64,000 nt of DNA from Ranitomeya imitator (Eukaryota), in assembly GCF_032444005.1 (NCBI RefSeq), contig NC_091285.1:16802001-16866000 (forward strand). Reading direction: 5' to 3'. The translations under genes and the position numbers were made by a program. Below are positions 58,901-64,000 of this stretch, piece by piece. Under the pieces are notes generated by a model. That model ran no database searches and was not told the origin of the DNA. It worked only from the letters and a program-made list of their open reading frames with translations. Each line of letters starts with the position of its first letter. Positions within the stretch are counted from its first letter, which is position 1.

Positions 58901-60390
58901 GTCCAAGGCCATCTCCAATCTGTGGCAGGAGCTTCTCCAGAGCGGGAAAACCAACAATTATCAGAATTACTTTTCCCAAGACCGGACCGCCGCCTCCTGC
59001 TCCTTCTCCTCCCCCCCGGACACCGGCTGCCCCAACGGGCACATAAGAGACAGCGGGGCAGAGAGTCAGGAGGCCACCAGCTCGTTCCTGTCCTCCACCC
59101 CTGAAGATGTGAGTGATGGAGGTGGTCGGGCTCCTGGGAGACTCCTCGTCCGCCACTGATCATCGCTTCCTTTTTCTGTCTTTAGATCCTGTTGGACGAT
59201 GCGTTCGAATTGGCGGCTGTATTTCTAGATCAAAGAGCAAACCGGATGACGTCCAGCCCGGGGTAAGACGCCATCGCTGCAGACATGGAGGGACAAAGCT
59301 CTGGACAGCACAGCCCGGGGAACGTGGGGGACTGTGCACACAAGCCCTACTCCAATCACAGCCAAAGCTGCAACAGCCCCTGCAATACAAGTGCATTTGT
59401 CTTTCATTGACCTCTTAAAAACAAACAAAAAGTAATTATGTATAAAGTTACTGCACCAGCAGAATAGTGAGTGCAGCTCTGGGGTATAATACAGGAGGTA
59501 ACTCAGGATCAGTAATGTAATGTATGTACACAGTGACTGCACCAGCAGAATAGTGAGTGCAGCTCTTGGTTATAATACAGGATGTAACTCAGGATCAGTA
59601 ATGTAATGTATGTACACAGTGACTGCACCAGCAGAATAGTGAGTGCAGCTCTGGGGTATAATACAGGATGTTACTCAGGAGCAGTAATGTAATGTATGTA
59701 CACAGTGACTGCACCAGCAGAATAGTGAGTGCAGCTCTGGGGTATAATACAGGATGTAACTCAGGATCAGTAATGTAATGTATGTAGACAGTGACTGCAC
59801 CAGCAGAATAGTGAGTGCAGCTCTGGGGTATAATACAGGAGGTAACTCAGGATCAGTAATGTAATGTATGTACACAGTGACTGCACCAGCAGAATAGTGA
59901 GTGCAGCTTTGGAGTATAATACAGGAGGTAACTCAGGATCACTAATGTAATGTATGTACACAGTGACAGCAGAATAGTGAGTGCAGCTCTGGAGTATAAT
60001 ACATGAGGTAACTCAGGATCACTAATGTAATGTATGTACACAGTGACAGCAGAATAGTGAGTGCAGCTCTGGGGTATAATGCAGCAGGTAACCTATGACA
60101 CCTGGTTTCTCGCATTGCAGCAGTCCTACACCTGACGTTTCCCTATGGAGCAGTCCACAAGGTGAGGAGCAGCTGCACCAATGTGTCTCTGATTTCTTGA
60201 GGCGGAAGTTCTCTCTTTGCCCCCAGGTAGGTGTGTGTATAGTGGGGTGTCCGTGTGGCCGGCGCTGTGCCCGTGATTCGTACAGGAATATAACGCCTCC
60301 TCTGTTATTTAGGCCTCCGCTCCGCAGTACGATTACGAGACGCTGATGCTGAGATGCACAGAGAACTTCGATGACTTGGACGACCTCTGA
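55010..60390 (+). CDS. STRA8: Stimulated by retinoic acid 8; 8 coding exons, 345 aa
   Basis: Exons 55010-55174, 55270-55345, 56343-56427, 56657-56815, 58817-59108, 59186-59262, 60121-60226 and 60313-60390; total 1038 nt, phases consistent. Motifs QAKQYILQLESTLDSLLKMK, LMEFEKYLRFYKQTVDLL, ILLDDAF and LMLRCTENFDDL-stop. Head-to-head with WDR91 as in human. Confidence 0.92.
55872..55944. repeat. (AT)n microsatellite
   Basis: Near-pure AT dinucleotide run. Confidence 0.95.
56830..57727. mobile_element. Harbinger-type non-autonomous element in a STRA8 intron
   Basis: Ends GGCCATGTTCACAC / GTGTGAACATACCC, flanked by TTA on both sides. Confidence 0.75.
57747..58785 (-). repeat. 86-bp minisatellite, reverse orientation
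   Basis: Reverse complement of the unit at 40864 and 59450. Confidence 0.95.
59450..60095 (+). repeat. 86-bp minisatellite, forward orientation
   Basis: Same family as 57747-58785, inverted relative to it. Confidence 0.95.
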
Positions 60391-62129
60391 GGATCGGAGC
60401 GCCGCCGTCCTATACTGTTTGCCACTTCTGCCTCCCGAATAGGTCAACGTTTCCGTCCATCGTCTCGGGGAAGTTCGCTTATTTCATAGTTATATAATTA
60501 TCTGGGAAAGCCGAGTGAAAACCTCTCTCCGAGGATTCGTATCAGTTATCGCCCGGCTTTTCTAAATGCAGACATTGCGCCAAATACCCCGCAGCGTACA
60601 GTCCGTGTGAGCGGGAAATGCAAGGGTTAAAAGAACAAAGCGAAGGACAGAATCCGGTCACATGACCTCCGACAACCATCCGTCACATACGTCCCTGTAG
60701 TTGTCAGTCAGTTGAAGAGTATTATTATTTATTATAGGATTATTTTTGTGATTTATGGGAAAAATAAGAAAAACTTTTAAGATAAATATTTATTAAAAAA
60801 AAAGTTTATATTTGTTACACTGTTATTAATGTTCAGTATTTTAATCACTCCCCCTAAAAAACATTGAAAAAAAAAATGCTGCACAAGTAGGCAGATTTGC
60901 CTTTCAGGGTCTGGAAAAGCTGGGTAGAATGCCACATCAGTCATTCAGTTTTTCCTCCCCCCAAAAAAGTATAAGCAAGATTTGTGATGTCTGGGGAGCG
61001 GCGATCTTAAATATTTGTGATGTTTTTTTTCATGTCTCGTTTACACTTTTGTTAAATATTATAATAAAATCTATTTATTGAGGAAATGTGCCGAGATTAT
61101 TGTTTTATAATGGACTTTTACTAGATCCGGTGCGAGAAAGTCGACTTCTGCAATTACCCATATACTGTCACTCCTGCAAAGAATGCAAATGGACTGTGAA
61201 GCTATATGTTCCCCAAGAGAAGATATTGTTCGTAGTAGTCTATTTTTTTTCTATTCACTTTTTTGATCTTTTTTTTTTTTTTTAAACATTTGCCATATTT
61301 TTTTCATGGCATTCATAGTATGGGTTAAGGTACAGTTTTATATCTGGGATCTAGAAACTGCATTTTTAGTGGTCAAATATTTTTCTATTTTTTCATACTT
61401 TTATTTTGAATTTTGTGTTTACTTTTTTTTTTTTTTATCCCCCAATTGGCCCCATACAGTAATATTGCCTAACAATTAGCGCCAGTACAGTAATTCTGGC
61501 CGACGTCTTGAAGTAATCCTGGTTTTTATACTGTAATAATGTTCCCATCCTGGTTTTTATACTGTAAGAATGTTCCCATCCTGATCCCTATTTTTGTAGT
61601 AATGTCCGTATCCTGAAGTAATGTCCCAACCTCATAGTAATGTCCTCATCTTGTAGTAATGTCCCCATCCGGGTCCCTTTCCTGTAATAAAGTACCCAAT
61701 CCTGGTCCTCATCTTGTAATGTCCCAATGCTGGTCCCTATATTTTAGTAGTGTACCCTACACTGGTTCTCAACTTGTAGTAATGTCCCCTTCTTGTAGTA
61801 ATGTCCTCATCCTGGTCCTCATCTTGTAGTAATGTCCCCATCCTGGTCCCTATCTTGTAATAATATCCCCATCTTGTAGTAATATCCCCATCCTGGTCCC
61901 CATCTTGTAGTAATAACCCCATCCTGGTCCACATCTTGTAGTAATATCCCCATCCTGGTCCACATCTTGTAGTAATGTCCACATCCTGGGCCCCATCTTG
62001 TAGTAATATCCCCATCTTGCAGTAATATCCCCATCCTGGTCCCTATGTTGTAGTAATATCCCCATGCTGGTCCCCATCTTGTAGTAATATCCCCATCCTG
62101 GTCCCCATCTTGTAGTAATAACCCCATCC

Positions 62130-63560
62130 AAATCAGTAGATTTGGTTTCCAGTACCATCTCTATGCTGACGACACCCAATTATACACTTCTGCTCCTGAT
62201 ATCACACCGACCTTTTTAGAAAACACCAGTGATTGTCTTACCGCTGTCTCTAACATCATGTCCTCCCTCTATCTGAAACTAAACCTGTCAAAAACTGAAC
62301 TCCTCGTGTTCTCTCCCTCTACTAACCTACCTTTGCCTGACATTGCCATCTCCGTGTGGTTCCACCATTACTCCAAAGCAACATGCCCGCTGCCTTGGGG
62401 TCATCCTTGATTCTGACCTTTCATTCACCCCCTACATCCGAACACTGGCTCGCTCTTCTTACCTGCATCTCAAAAACATTTCTAGAATTCGCCCTTTTCT
62501 TACTTTCGACTCTGCAAAAACTCTTACTGTTTCACTTATTCATTCTCGTCTGGACTATTGTAACTCTCTACTAATCGGTCTCCCTCTTGCAAAACTCTCC
62601 CCGCTCCAATCTGTCCTGAATGCTGCAGCCAGGATCATATTCCTCACCAACCGTTACACCGATGCCTCTACCTTGTGCCAGTCATTACACTGGTTACCCA
62701 TCCACTCCAGAATCCAGTACAAAACTACTACCCTCATCCACAAAGCACTCCATGGCTCAGCACCACCCTACATCTCCTCTCTGGTCTCAGTCTACCACCA
62801 TACCCGTGCCCTCCGCTCCGCTAATGACCTCAGGTTAGCATCCTCAATAATCAGAACCTCCCACTCCCATCTCCAAGACTTTACACGTGCTGCGCCGATT
62901 CTTTGGAATGCACTACCTAGGTTATTATTATTATTTATTTATATAGCACCATTGATTCCATGGTGCTGTACATGAGAAGGGGTTACATACAAGTTACAAA
63001 TATCACATACAGTAAACAAACTAACAATGACGGACTGATACAGAGGGGCGAGGACCCTGCCCTTGCGGGCTTACATTCTACAGGTTAATACGATTAATCC
63101 CCAATCCCCACAGTTTTAAGCGTGCCCTAAAAACTCATTTGTTCAGACTGGCCTACCGCCTCAATGCATTAACCTAACGATCCCTGTGTGGCCTATTTAT
63201 AATAAAAAAAAAAAGGTTCCTCGCATCATGTTCTCATACACTTTATGCAGTATTAGCCCTCTGTGTCTGTACTGCTACATACTTAGGCAGGTAACTGGTT
63301 CATGCAGCTTTACATGAACACCCGAGCCTTACACTATGGCTGGTCCGAATAACTAAAGCAATTGTTACCATCCACCTCTCGTGTCTCCCCTTTTCCCCAT
63401 AGTCTGTAAGCTTGCGAGCAGGGCCCTCATTCCTCCTGGTATCTGTTTTGAACTGTATTTCTGTTATGCTGTAATGTCTATTGTCTGTACAAGTCCCCTC
63501 TATAATTTGTAAAGCGCTGCGGAATATGTTGGCGCTATATAAATAAAAATTATTATTATT
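62130..63560 (+). mobile_element. L2-clade LINE 3' fragment
   Basis: YHLYADDTQLY RT motif, a frameshift near 62355, SRLDYCN, LHWLP and LWNALP; resumes at 63085 (FKRALKTHLF). 3' hairpin and (TAT)n tail. Confidence 0.92.
62922..63084 (-). mobile_element. Short antisense L2 3' end nested in the L2
   Basis: Reverse-oriented L2 3' UTR with GCACCAT-GGAATCA-ATGGTGC hairpin and (TAA)n tail. AGGTTA occurs at both junctions. Confidence 0.85.
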
Positions 63561-64000
63561 ATCCTGGTCCCTATCTTGTAGTAATGTCCCCATCTTGTAG
63601 TAATATCCCCATCTTGTCGTAATATCCCCATCTTGTAGTAATAACCACATCCTGGTCCCTATCTTGTAGTAATATCCCCATCCTGGTCCCCATCTTGTAG
63701 TAATATCCCCATCCTGGTCCCCATCTTGTAGTAGTATCCCCATCTTGTAGTAATATCCCCATCTTGTAGTAATATCCCCATCCTGGTCCCTATCTTGTAG
63801 TAATATCCCCATGCTGGTCCCCATCTTGTAGTAATATCCCCATCCTGGTCCCCATCTTGTAGTAATATCCCCATCCTAGTCCCCATCTTGTAGTAATGTC
63901 CACATCCTGGTCCTTATCTTGTAGTAATGTCCACATCATGGTCCTTATCTTGTAGTAATATCCCCATCCTGGTCCCCATCTTGTAGTAATGTCCACATCC

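Larger units (their letters stand above)
61510..64000. repeat. CATCTTGTAGTAATATCCCCATCCTGGTCCC-type compound minisatellite, interrupted by an L2 at about 62130-63560
   Basis: The same units flank both sides of the L2. Confidence 0.9.

Overview
Vertebrate genomic DNA, almost certainly anuran (inferred from repeat types and gene divergence; the species cannot be fixed from sequence). Right half (33.6-60.4 kb): the CYREN(-)/WDR91(-)/STRA8(+) block seen at human 7q33. All three were reconstructed exon by exon with consistent splice phases (122, 746 and 345 aa), and most enlarged introns are filled by intron-specific minisatellites. Left half: two RING/B-box TRIM paralogues (-), a CR1 fragment, and a 23-kb nest of mobile elements. 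The nest is a Gmr1-type gypsy element that hit a Harbinger MITE and contains an L2 (itself holding an intact chromovirus) plus a second chromovirus holding a SPIN-like hAT. Best leads: 56-bp minisatellites made of CTCF consensus motifs, forming a divergent boundary-like layout around the CYREN 5' end; inverted 86-bp arrays around a frame-symmetric STRA8 exon pair; covarying self-priming PBS stems; a SPIN-like hAT in a young LTR element; a minimal hammerhead variant; an AT-AC intron in WDR91; and a B30.2-less TRIM. Gene and family names come from recalled protein or consensus motifs. No database search was run, and repeat boundaries, copy numbers and identities are by-eye estimates.
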